Origin: Candidatus Limnocylindria bacterium
GTDB lineage: Bacteria > Chloroflexota > Limnocylindria > QHBO01
NCBI GenBank assembly: GCA_036556985.1
Contig: DATBIK010000026.1
Coordinates: 1 to 60,886 of the forward strand
DNA length: 60,886 bases
Reading direction: 5' to 3'
Every line of letters starts with the position of its first letter. Within the stretch, counting starts at the first letter, position 1. Shown in pieces: positions 1 through 9,722 of this stretch. Under the pieces are notes generated by a model, which was not told the origin of the DNA, did not search any database, and was given only the letters and a program-made list of their open reading frames with translations. A program made the translations under genes and the position numbers.

Positions 1-2
1 CC

Positions 3-101
3 TTCGCGGCCTTCGACCCCTGGCGCGTGTACTTCGCCCACGACCTCGCCCACTGGGAGCGCCCGCCCGAAGCGGAGCCCGTCGTCCCCCCGCGCTCGTA
101 G
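3..101 (+). CDS. 3' end of unidentified upstream gene (partial)
   Basis: Frame is open from the window edge (...FAAFDPWRVYFAHDLAHWERPPEAEPVVPPRS) and ends at TAG 99-101. Too short to name. Confidence 0.3.
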   Translation, partial: FAAFDPWRVYFAHDLAHWERPPEAEPVVPPRS

Positions 102-120
102 CGCGCCGTGGACGCCGATG

Positions 121-308
121 TGGCCCGCTGTGTCGGGCCAACCTCAGCCTGGCAGTCACCTCTGGCGGTGATTGGCCTGGTGTATCGGGCCAGCCGCAGC
201 ACGAAGGCCGCCAGATGGCGGGGCTCACGCTCACCGTGGCCCGCTGTGTCGGGCCAAACTCAGCCTGGCGGTCACTTCGGGCCAGGATCGGCCGGCTGTA
301 TCGGGCCA
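121..308 (+). repeat. REP-like palindrome cluster, locus A (two tandem 116-bp units, four hairpins)
   Basis: TGGCCCGCTGTGTCGGGCCA at 121-140 and 237-256; TGGCCTGGTGTATCGGGCCA at 173-192; GGCCGGCTGTATCGGGCCA at 290-308. Stems are 7-bp GC-rich with a 6-nt loop, spaced 52/64/52 bp. The same element occurs at 24745-24880 (inverted) and 49052-49239. Confidence 0.8.
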
Positions 309-337
309 GACGCGCCCGCGGGAAGGGGGCGGGCGGG

Positions 338-1912
<1,575 letters not shown>

Positions 1913-1955
1913 TCAGGGTCTCCGCTCGGGATCGGGATGGACGCAGATCGTACAC

Positions 1956-2189
1956 CTAGTTGCCGGAGCTGGCACCCGGCGCCCCTGAGGCGGGCAGGAC
2001 CGACGGTACCGGCGCGCTCGGGAACGGCGTGGGCTCCGGCGTCAGCGAGGACGGGAAGCCCAGGAAGGCCAGCACGAACATGAGCACGAACAGGCCGATG
2101 ACGACCACGACCCACGGTCGTGCCAGCCGATCCTGCGAGGGTGGCAGGGCGCCGCGGTAGCCGGACGCGGGTCGCTGCTGATCGGTCAT
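1956..2189 (-). CDS. Small single-pass membrane protein (77 aa)
   Basis: C-terminal part of track ORF 1956..4139: MTDQQRPASGYRG...PWVVVVIGLFVLMFVLAFLGF...PEPTPFPSAP. ATG at 2189 is preceded by AGGAGACCG and overlaps the upstream stop by 4 nt. Confidence 0.5.
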   Translation of the reverse strand: MTDQQRPASGYRGALPPSQDRLARPWVVVVIGLFVLMFVLAFLGFPSSLTPEPTPFPSAPVPSVLPASGAPGASSGN

Positions 2190-2380
2190 CGGTCTCCTTC
2201 GGTGAGGCTCCGCAGGCGTCGCTCCACGTGCGCCAGACGGGCCCGCTGGTTGGCGATGTCCCGCCGCGCGCGGAGCGCGGCCAGCGGGACGGCGATGCCG
2301 AGGGTCCAGGCCAGCAGGCCGAGCGTGCCGCAGACCATCACGGCGAGGGCAGCCACCGCCAGGTCGAGGATGGAGGCCAC
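2186..2380 (-). CDS. Small membrane protein (64 aa)
   Basis: MASILDLAVAALAVMVCGTLGLLAWTLGIAVPLAAL followed by a basic helical tail. Lies 21 nt downstream of the MFS gene and is coupled to the next ORF. Confidence 0.45.
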   Translation of the reverse strand: MASILDLAVAALAVMVCGTLGLLAWTLGIAVPLAALRARRDIANQRARLAHVERRLRSLTEGDR

Positions 2381-2401
2381 GGCGCGGCGAAGGGTAGCAG
2401 G

Positions 2402-4354
2402 CTACCGCGCGTCGCGCATGGCCGGCACCAGCAGGCCGACCAGCCCGGCGGCGGCGATCATGGAGCCGCCCGCGATGAGCACGTTCGCCGGACCGATGAT
2501 CCCCGACAGCCATCCCGCCAGGCCCATGGACAGTGCCATGGCCCCGAAGGTCAGCGCCTGGCGGGTGGACACCACGCGGCCGAACAGCCGGGTGGGGGTG
2601 CGCTCCTGGAAGAGGGTGATCGTCGGCACCAGGTAGAGGAGGTTGGCGGCGCCGATGACGAAGAAGAGGCCGATGGCGATGTACGGGTCGGTCACCAGCC
2701 CGGCGGCGACCATGCCGGCCCCGAGCAGGATGAAGCCGGCGATGGTCATCGGTCCCTTTGGCGACCGCGTGAAGTACCCGCCGATGATCAGGCCACCCGC
2801 CACGCTGCCCAGGCCCAGGGCGCTCATCATCCAGCCGTAATTCTGCGGGAAGGGGATGACCGACTGGTCGAGCGTCTGCTGGGCGTAGAGGAATGCGCAC
2901 ACGATCTCCGCGCCGAACGCGAGCTGGGCGATGGTGCTCACGATGGTGTTCGCGAGGAGCTCGCGCTGGCCGGTGAGGAAGCGCCAGCCCTCGGCCATCT
3001 CGCGCCACACCGCGCGGACGCTGAACGGGACGACCTCCACCGCCTCCCTGGGCACGACCATGGCCGCGAGCAGCAGGGCCGATGCGACGTACGTCCCGGC
3101 GTCGAGCATGAAGGCCGCGGCGATCAGGCCGGCCAGCGCGGCCACGATGGCCGCCGCGACGGGTTGGCCCAGGACGTCGGCCAGTGTCTCGGACAGGGTG
3201 GAGGCGGAGTTCGCTGTGACGAGGTGCTCCTCGCGGACGATGGCCGGGACGATGGCCGTCTTGGCCGGGCGGAAGAGCAGGCCCACGGTCGCCACCAGGA
3301 AGGCGATGAAGAAGACGAGGGCCATGTGGACCTCGATGGCGAGCGGGACCAACAGGACGAGCCCGGCCCGCACGATGTCGCAGGCGATCATCGTGCGGCG
3401 GCGGTCCCAGCGGTCGACGAGGGCGCCGGCCAGTGGTCCGAGCAGGACGTTCGGCACGGCGGTCATGGCGAAGGCGATGCCCAGGTCCAGCGGCGTGCCG
3501 CGCTGCGTGACGAGCACGCCGAGCGCCACCTGGTGCACCCGGTCGCCGAAGAAGCTGATGAGCTGCCCCATCCACAGCAGGGAGAAGTTCCGGTTGCGGA
3601 CGAGGGCCAGGTACGGCGACTGCGGCCGCTCCTCGGGTTCGACCCGCTCGGCGGGGATGGCCGGCACGGTCGCCGCCGAGGCGCCCCCACCGGCCGGCCT
3701 GACGAGCGGTGGCGCGGCGGCGATCGCGGGCGCCGCGGCCGAGGCCATGACGGAGGCGGGGAACGGGTCGTTGGGCCGAGGACCGAACGTGACCAGCGGG
3801 CGCATCGGTGCGCCCGGGCGGGTCATGGTGTAGACGATGGTCCAGAACAGGCCAAGGGCCAGCAGCAGGTCGCCGATGCTGACCACGTCGCGGATGACGG
3901 GCAGCGGCAGCGGGACGACGTCGCCGAAGATCCCCCCGCGCGACACGAACTCGGCAACGGTGCTGGTGGGCATGAGGAAGTGGAACGCGTCGCCCGCCAC
4001 GGCATCGGGCTGGAAGCCGGCGGCCTCGAAGGCGCCCGGCCAGATCGGCATGCGACCGCCGTTGAGGAGGACGGCCAGGAAGTTCAGGCCGATGCCCACC
4101 GCCGCCACCTGGAGCCCGGGCACCCGCCAGTTGCCCCACAGGAACACGAAGATGAGGAAGTAGGCGGCCACGATCGCCCAGCCGATGGGCAGGTTGGTCG
4201 CGTCGTTCGTGCGCAGGAAGACGGCCCCGAAGCGGATGATCAGGGCGAGCAGCAGGACCCAGATCCAGCGGAGCTTCAGGTCTCCGAGACGGGGCAGGCC
4301 TCCTCCGGCCAGGGCGCCAACGATGAGCGCCAGGACGATGGTGCTAAGAAACAT
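2402..4354 (-). CDS. Fusion protein: N-terminal DUF5317-like membrane domain + C-terminal MFS transporter
   Basis: N-terminus MFLSTIVLALIVGALAGGGLPRLGDLKLRW...NGGRMPIW...VIRDVVSIGDLLLALGL recalls the DUF5317 family. A Pro/Ala linker follows, then an MFS core (NFSLLWMGQLISFFGD...GALVDRWDRRR) with 12 predicted TM helices. I prefer the ATG at 4354, 10 nt after the HD-GYP stop; the track ORF extends to 4447. Confidence 0.75.
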   Translation of the reverse strand: MFLSTIVLALIVGALAGGGLPRLGDLKLRWIWVLLLALIIRFGAVFLRTNDATNLPIGWAIVAAYFLIFVFLWGNWRVPGLQVAAVGIGLNFLAVLLNGGRMPIWPGAFEAAGFQPDAVAGDAFHFLMPTSTVAEFVSRGGIFGDVVPLPLPVIRDVVSIGDLLLALGLFWTIVYTMTRPGAPMRPLVTFGPRPNDPFPASVMASAAAPAIAAAPPLVRPAGGGASAATVPAIPAERVEPEERPQSPYLALVRNRNFSLLWMGQLISFFGDRVHQVALGVLVTQRGTPLDLGIAFAMTAVPNVLLGPLAGALVDRWDRRRTMIACDIVRAGLVLLVPLAIEVHMALVFFIAFLVATVGLLFRPAKTAIVPAIVREEHLVTANSASTLSETLADVLGQPVAAAIVAALAGLIAAAFMLDAGTYVASALLLAAMVVPREAVEVVPFSVRAVWREMAEGWRFLTGQRELLANTIVSTIAQLAFGAEIVCAFLYAQQTLDQSVIPFPQNYGWMMSALGLGSVAGGLIIGGYFTRSPKGPMTIAGFILLGAGMVAAGLVTDPYIAIGLFFVIGAANLLYLVPTITLFQERTPTRLFGRVVSTRQALTFGAMALSMGLAGWLSGIIGPANVLIAGGSMIAAAGLVGLLVPAMRDAR

Positions 4355-5798
4355 CGTCCGATGCGAGCATCGGCCTCGACTGACGGGACTCCGGCGGGCT
4401 CGGATCGGCAGCCGTGGCAGCGGCGGTGTCGGCTCCTTCGTCCGCATCCGACCCCGCGTCCGCCTGGGGCGGGCGGTCGCGCGGGTCCGGCGCGTGGAGC
4501 ATGGTGGGCAGCTCGTCCTCGCGGTCCGGCGGGCGGTCCAGGATCTCGCGCGGCAGGTTCACGAGCACCGGCACGATCTCCGGGTCGAACTGGATGCCGG
4601 TGTACTTCTCCAGCTCCGCCACCGCCTGCTCGTGGGTGAGGGGGGTCTTGCGGTACGGGCGGCTGGAGGTCATGGCCTCGTAGGCATCGGCGATGGTCAG
4701 GATGCGGGCCCCCAGCGGGATGTCGAGCGCCTCCACCCCGTCCGGGTAGCCGGAGCCGTTGAACCATTCGTGGTGGGCCTTGATCAGCGGCGCCTCCTCG
4801 GTGAGCTGCTTGGCCGGCGCCACGATCTCCGCACCGATGGTGGGGTGCTGGTTCATGAGGAAGCGCTCGTCCTTGTCGAGCGGCCCCTCCTTGAGGAGGA
4901 TGTTGTCGCGGATGCCGATCTTCCCCACGTCGTGGAGCAGGCCGGCCCACTGGATCTTCTCCACCTCGGGTTCCGGCAGCTTCATGACGCGCGCCATCTG
5001 TACGGAGATGTGGCTCACGCGGTTCGAGTGACCGCGGGTGTACTTGTCTCTCGCGTCGACGGCGTTGGCCAAGGCGCCGATGGTCTGCTCGAAGAGCTCC
5101 CTGGTCTCCACGTAGCGGTGGTACGCCAGGCGCGTCGTGAAGAGGGGGACGACGAAGAGGGGAGTGGCCCACCAGCCCACGCCATTGGGGAGGAGGAAGA
5201 TCTGCGCCATCAACCACGCGAGCGGCGCCAACCCCAACAGGCTTGCGAAGACCGCGCCTAGGTCTTGCGCCCAGACGGTTCGTATCGGGATGCCGGTCCG
5301 CGTGCTGACAGCCGCTAGGGCGAGGATGGCATTGGTCGCGTAGTAGACGCCGCTTCCAACAAGGAGGCCGAAGAATGTGAGGATCTCCGCCATCGGGGAT
5401 GCAAGGCCGATCGCTTCGCCACGCACGACCTCGAAAGCGGCTCCGCCAAGGACCACGGCGACAACAACGGCGGCATGGTTGAACAGAGTGCCGTACCAAG
5501 GGATCTGGCGACGGACCTCGCGATAGTCCGTGGTGCCAATCGCAGCGACTACCGCTGCAGCAAGAGGACCGCCTAGCACGAGGCTCGCAAGAAAGGGGGC
5601 AGCACTTACCGAGACGACCGTTCCGTGCGGAAGACGAACAGGCAGGGCGGCCCCGACGAGGGTGAGGCCTATCCAGAAGAGGATCCCTAGCAGGCCGCCG
5701 ATCTCATCCCGGAGCGGGAATAGAAAGGCCGCCGCCGCGGCAGCAACTGCGGCGGCGGCGGTACATGCGGCTATCAGAATCCGGACGTTCGAGTTCAC
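4344..5798 (-). CDS. Membrane-anchored HD-GYP domain protein (putative c-di-GMP phosphodiesterase)
   Basis: Multi-TM N-terminus, then HSNRVSHISV...LLHDVGKIGI...HHEWFNGSGYPDG (HD and GYP motifs). GTG start at 5798. Confidence 0.85.
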   Translation of the reverse strand: MNSNVRILIAACTAAAAVAAAAAAFLFPLRDEIGGLLGILFWIGLTLVGAALPVRLPHGTVVSVSAAPFLASLVLGGPLAAAVVAAIGTTDYREVRRQIPWYGTLFNHAAVVVAVVLGGAAFEVVRGEAIGLASPMAEILTFFGLLVGSGVYYATNAILALAAVSTRTGIPIRTVWAQDLGAVFASLLGLAPLAWLMAQIFLLPNGVGWWATPLFVVPLFTTRLAYHRYVETRELFEQTIGALANAVDARDKYTRGHSNRVSHISVQMARVMKLPEPEVEKIQWAGLLHDVGKIGIRDNILLKEGPLDKDERFLMNQHPTIGAEIVAPAKQLTEEAPLIKAHHEWFNGSGYPDGVEALDIPLGARILTIADAYEAMTSSRPYRKTPLTHEQAVAELEKYTGIQFDPEIVPVLVNLPREILDRPPDREDELPTMLHAPDPRDRPPQADAGSDADEGADTAAATAADPSPPESRQSRPMLASDDVS

Positions 5799-5846
5799 CC
5801 ATGCGTCACCCTAGCGGGGTGATGCCGGGGAGTCTATCACCCAGAC

Positions 5847-5945
5847 CTACCAGCCCTTGATGCTTGCGCCCCCGGCAATGGCCAAGGTAACCAAGCCCCC
5901 AAGGGTGGTCAGCAACGCCAGTAAGCGTCGTCGAAACGCATGCAT
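5847..5945 (-). CDS. Micro-ORF, 32-aa hydrophobic peptide MHAFRRRLLALLTTLGGLVTLAIAGGASIKGW
   Basis: Below the ORF-track size cutoff. ATG at 5945 has AGGAG 6 nt upstream. Basic N-terminus plus one TM-length hydrophobic stretch. Confidence 0.35.
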   Translation of the reverse strand: MHAFRRRLLALLTTLGGLVTLAIAGGASIKGW

Positions 5946-6216
5946 GCTTGACTCCTGGGACTGGTTACCAGCCCTTGATTGACTGTCTTGCCATCAGAAG
6001 GTGCCCTCTTCTGAACTGAAATAGACACAACCGACACACTCCGGTGACGGAACGGTCGGTTGCACTACATGCTCCCCGACGACCTAAGTGCCCACATTCG
6101 GTCGGCGGATCGATGCACCCTAGCTCTCAGCCAGTACCACGGCAGTACCAAAGTACTGGTCTGGAGGGAACTCTACTCGCCGACGAGGCGGGAAGTCAAT
6201 ACCCGCCCGGCAAGAG

Positions 6217-9200
6217 TCAATTATTCGTAGACTCCGCCGTCTGGCTTCTCGAGCCTAGTTCAGACATCAGATCCGCTATCCGGCTGGCTGGAGCCTCGGC
6301 CAGCTCATCCTCGATCCTCTTCGCGTATCGGATGATCACGTCCCTGGCTGCGACTTGGCGACCGGACTTCGCAAGGTGTTCGGCGAGCGCGATGTACGCG
6401 TCGTCGTCGAACTCATCCAAGTCGATGAGGGCACTGGCAGCTCGAATTCGCAGGTCCGGGCTCAAGTTCATCGATGTCGTGGCGAGGGGCAGGAGGAAAT
6501 CACGGACCTCGGCGTGGACGGCCATCTGAATTCGCGCTGCCCAGTCTTCATACCGCAGTTCGTTGAGGAACGGGCCGTGAATCATCCGGATGATCGCCGA
6601 CGCCCTCGCCGACGCTTGACGCCCGCCACTGGATACGTCTGCAGCCAGCACTCGGAACTCGCTGATATCGGTCCGCACCAACTCGGGGTTGAACTGAACC
6701 ACATCCACTGTGCTCATGACGTACTGGGGACTCGCGCCATCTCGATAGCTTCCGTCAATCGCACGCCTCAACTGAAACACGGTCTGATTGAGACTATTCA
6801 CGGCAGCACTGGGATCAGAATCTGGCCACATCATGTCCAGGACCATGTCGCGCGTAAGCGTTGAGCCTGAATACGCGACCAGTAGGCCAAGTAGCGTCCT
6901 CATTCGGCGCCGATCTACGGGAAGGACTGGCCCGTCCCAGCTACCTCGTCGCATGGTGAGCGCGCCGAACGATTGGACAAACAACAGCGGTGCTTGCTTC
7001 TGGACGAGCACTCGTCTCACGCCCGCTACATCTTCACCAGGAACCTCGCGAAGTAGGTTCTCGGTGTCGCGTGTGGCGTGGCGAACAATGGCGTCAAGCA
7101 CGAGTTCTCGCCTCCGTCCAGAGAGCGCCGGCAACACGTCGACCAAGACGGCCCGCCAACCCTCGGGGTCCGCGTTCGCGAGCGCGATCAGAACTGCGTC
7201 TCCTTCGCGGCTCGCGGCTAGGAGGCGAGCGATCTTGGTGTAGCGACGCAACCACCACCGAAGAGGCCGAAGTGCGCGCATAGCGATGAGCGACTTGAGG
7301 ATCTCGATTGAGCTGCGAGCGCTCTTCGTCGAATGCTCTAGGCCAAGAGCCAGTACTTTCGCGCGTGCAACAGTGACGGAGTAGGTCGCTCCTCGAGCGT
7401 CCCACGCGGTGAGCCGGTCTGTCGCCGTGAGGCACTCCCCCAAGCATCCAGAAGCATGCTTCGCAATGGCATCCGCAGGGGTGAGCATTGGCTCCAATCG
7501 CGGGTCGGTCTCTGCGCTGGAGAGCGCTCGATGTTCCCGCGCAATCTCATCCGCGCCGGCCTCGCTCAGGTAGAGGCACTCAATGAGCAGTGCGCCTACC
7601 AGATGTGCCGTCGGTCCGAGCTCATCGGGGCGCGACAGCACAGATCGCAATAGCTCGATCGCTGCGCGGAAGCGACCGTTGTGCGCGAAAACGAGCGCCA
7701 TTCCGTATTGCGCTTCGGCATGGGGTCGCGGCCACGGCGCAGTTCGCACGATTGCCATTCGGGCGACTGCCTCGGCCCGAGCCGCCTGATCAGCCGCTAA
7801 CAGGGAAGCCACCAGCTCGGCATTGTCGGCAAACGGGCCTTTGGGGACATCTCCCCAATAGCGAGCCGCCAGATCTAGGCTTCGGACGCTGTCAGCAATG
7901 TCGCCTACTTGCCGCTGGGCGCTCCCGAGATTGTGCAGTCCGATAGCGGCGAAATGTTCCCACCCTCGGGCCTTGGCCTCGACAACTATTCTGCGGAACT
8001 CATGGATCACTTCGTCGAACGAAGCCTCGATCCATCCCGCGGTAATTGCGAGATTGCCGCGAAGGCGAAGGCGCGTGGCCTCTGCACTCTCCGGTGCAAG
8101 CGCGAGGCCGTCACGTGCCATCTGGACGGCCTCAGTGATCTTGCCGTAATTCGCAAGCACGGTGCTGAGTTTCGAGCAGGCAAGCGCCTCCATTCGCTTG
8201 TCACCTTTCCGTTCGAAGAAGGCACGAGCGCGCCGAAGTGCGACTAGCGCACCTTCCCACTCCCCGCGCATCCCTTGGACCTCTCCGAGCAAGAGCGACA
8301 GTCGCGCATTTTCGTGGGACGTCTTCCGGGGCAGGACCGCGAGCCACTCGTCAATCAGGCTCAAGCGACCCTCGGATGCGACATCCTCGCCGTAACGCGC
8401 GATTAGCCGCGCAGCCTGTGGATGGAGGCCGGCCCTGAGGTAGTGGTGGATTGCTTCCGGCCATTCCCGGTTTGTCTCGTAGTAGGACGCCGCATGGATG
8501 TGCAGTCCTGCGATCTCTCCCTCAGATCGCTCTGTCATCAAGTGTCGCTCGAGGAAATCGCGGAACAACCCGTGGAAACGGTACCGCGCATCCACCGTGT
8601 CAAGGCGATAGGTGAACAGGCCCCTTTGCTCCAGTTCCGCCAGGAGCTTCGCTCCGTCGTCTGCGCCAGTAAGTCGCTCGGCGAGCTCCGGCGCAATCTG
8701 CTGGAGGATTGAGGTCGCGAGCAGGAAGCTTCTAGTGCGATCGTCCTGCTGGTCCAGAACCTCCTCGGCCAAGAATGCGAATAGGTCGCTGTCGCTGGCG
8801 GCGGTGATGGACTCGATGAAGATTCGCCGCTCCTCCCGCGTCTTTCGCTCGCGCAGCGACACCTCCACGAGCTGGAGCGATGCAGCCCACCCCTCTGTCC
8901 GGCGCTCGAGCTCGATGAGTTCGGTGGGATCGAGCGGATCGTTGTAGATGTCGCGGAACAGCTCCTCGATCTCGCGGTCGTTGAAGCGAAGGGCATCGGT
9001 CCGCATCTCGGCATAGCCGCCGTGGGTCTTGAACCGGGCGAACTGCAGGTGCGGCTTGGCACGCGACAGGAAGATGAAGCGACAGGTGGGCGGGGCGTCG
9101 CGCAGGATCTGGTTCCAGAGGCCACGGACCTCGGTGACCGAGGCCACGAACTGCCAGTCGTCGATGATGAAGGTGCACGGCTCCGTCAGCCGCTCGTACA

Positions 9201-9645
9201 TCTCGGCCAGGAGGTAGGCCGCGACACCCGGCCGTGAGGATCCCGGGCCGCCGAGCTGTTCGAGCATCGAGTGCGCCCGGCGCCCGAAGCCGGGGTGTCG
9301 TTGGCTGATGGCCTCGATGAGGTAACTGATGTGGAGCGACCAGTCTCGGTCGTTGCGGTCGAGCTTGTACCAGTAGCACGGGAACTCGACCTCGCGCTCC
9401 CACTGCCACAGGAGGGTCGTCTTGCCATAGCCGGCATCTGCGGCGATGACGACCGCTCGGCAGTCGGCGGCCTCGTTCAGCCAATCGATGAGGCGCGCGC
9501 GCCGCAACGTGGGGGTCACGTAGTGAGGCGACGTGACCTTGTTGTGGATCAGGGGATAGACGTACTGGATGTCCGACAATCGACTGCCCCGTCGACACGC
9601 TGCGCGACAACAGTTACGCCGCGAGGCGCGCGCTCCGCACCGCAC
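6217..9645 (-). CDS. STAND (MalT-like) NTPase - TPR - C-terminal SARP (winged helix + BTAD) regulator
   Basis: N-terminus aligns by eye with the MalT NOD (PLIHNKVTSP...VVIAADAGYGKTTLLWQW; hhhhDD box TFIIDDWQ). Central TPR-like helical repeats. The C-terminus has an OmpR/SARP winged helix (LLGLLVAYSGSTLTRDMVLDMMWPDSDPSAAVNSLNQTVFQLRRAI) plus BTAD (DDAYIALAEHLAKSGRQVAARDVIIRYAKRIEDEL). The true start may lie a little downstream of 9645. Confidence 0.8.
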   Translation of the reverse strand: MRCGARASRRNCCRAACRRGSRLSDIQYVYPLIHNKVTSPHYVTPTLRRARLIDWLNEAADCRAVVIAADAGYGKTTLLWQWEREVEFPCYWYKLDRNDRDWSLHISYLIEAISQRHPGFGRRAHSMLEQLGGPGSSRPGVAAYLLAEMYERLTEPCTFIIDDWQFVASVTEVRGLWNQILRDAPPTCRFIFLSRAKPHLQFARFKTHGGYAEMRTDALRFNDREIEELFRDIYNDPLDPTELIELERRTEGWAASLQLVEVSLRERKTREERRIFIESITAASDSDLFAFLAEEVLDQQDDRTRSFLLATSILQQIAPELAERLTGADDGAKLLAELEQRGLFTYRLDTVDARYRFHGLFRDFLERHLMTERSEGEIAGLHIHAASYYETNREWPEAIHHYLRAGLHPQAARLIARYGEDVASEGRLSLIDEWLAVLPRKTSHENARLSLLLGEVQGMRGEWEGALVALRRARAFFERKGDKRMEALACSKLSTVLANYGKITEAVQMARDGLALAPESAEATRLRLRGNLAITAGWIEASFDEVIHEFRRIVVEAKARGWEHFAAIGLHNLGSAQRQVGDIADSVRSLDLAARYWGDVPKGPFADNAELVASLLAADQAARAEAVARMAIVRTAPWPRPHAEAQYGMALVFAHNGRFRAAIELLRSVLSRPDELGPTAHLVGALLIECLYLSEAGADEIAREHRALSSAETDPRLEPMLTPADAIAKHASGCLGECLTATDRLTAWDARGATYSVTVARAKVLALGLEHSTKSARSSIEILKSLIAMRALRPLRWWLRRYTKIARLLAASREGDAVLIALANADPEGWRAVLVDVLPALSGRRRELVLDAIVRHATRDTENLLREVPGEDVAGVRRVLVQKQAPLLFVQSFGALTMRRGSWDGPVLPVDRRRMRTLLGLLVAYSGSTLTRDMVLDMMWPDSDPSAAVNSLNQTVFQLRRAIDGSYRDGASPQYVMSTVDVVQFNPELVRTDISEFRVLAADVSSGGRQASARASAIIRMIHGPFLNELRYEDWAARIQMAVHAEVRDFLLPLATTSMNLSPDLRIRAASALIDLDEFDDDAYIALAEHLAKSGRQVAARDVIIRYAKRIEDELAEAPASRIADLMSELGSRSQTAESTNN

Positions 9646-9722
9646 GGCCCGGCGAGGATAGGGCCGGACCGATTATCAGGCGCTTATCGGCCGATTACCA
9701 GACCGGAGGAGAGGCGACTCGG

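Noticed and set aside
121-308. Regularly spaced repeats (also at 15742-15917, 24745-24880 and 49052-49239) as CRISPR arrays
   Set aside because: Each locus has only 3-4 short palindromic copies. The spacers are themselves conserved between loci. No cas genes are present.
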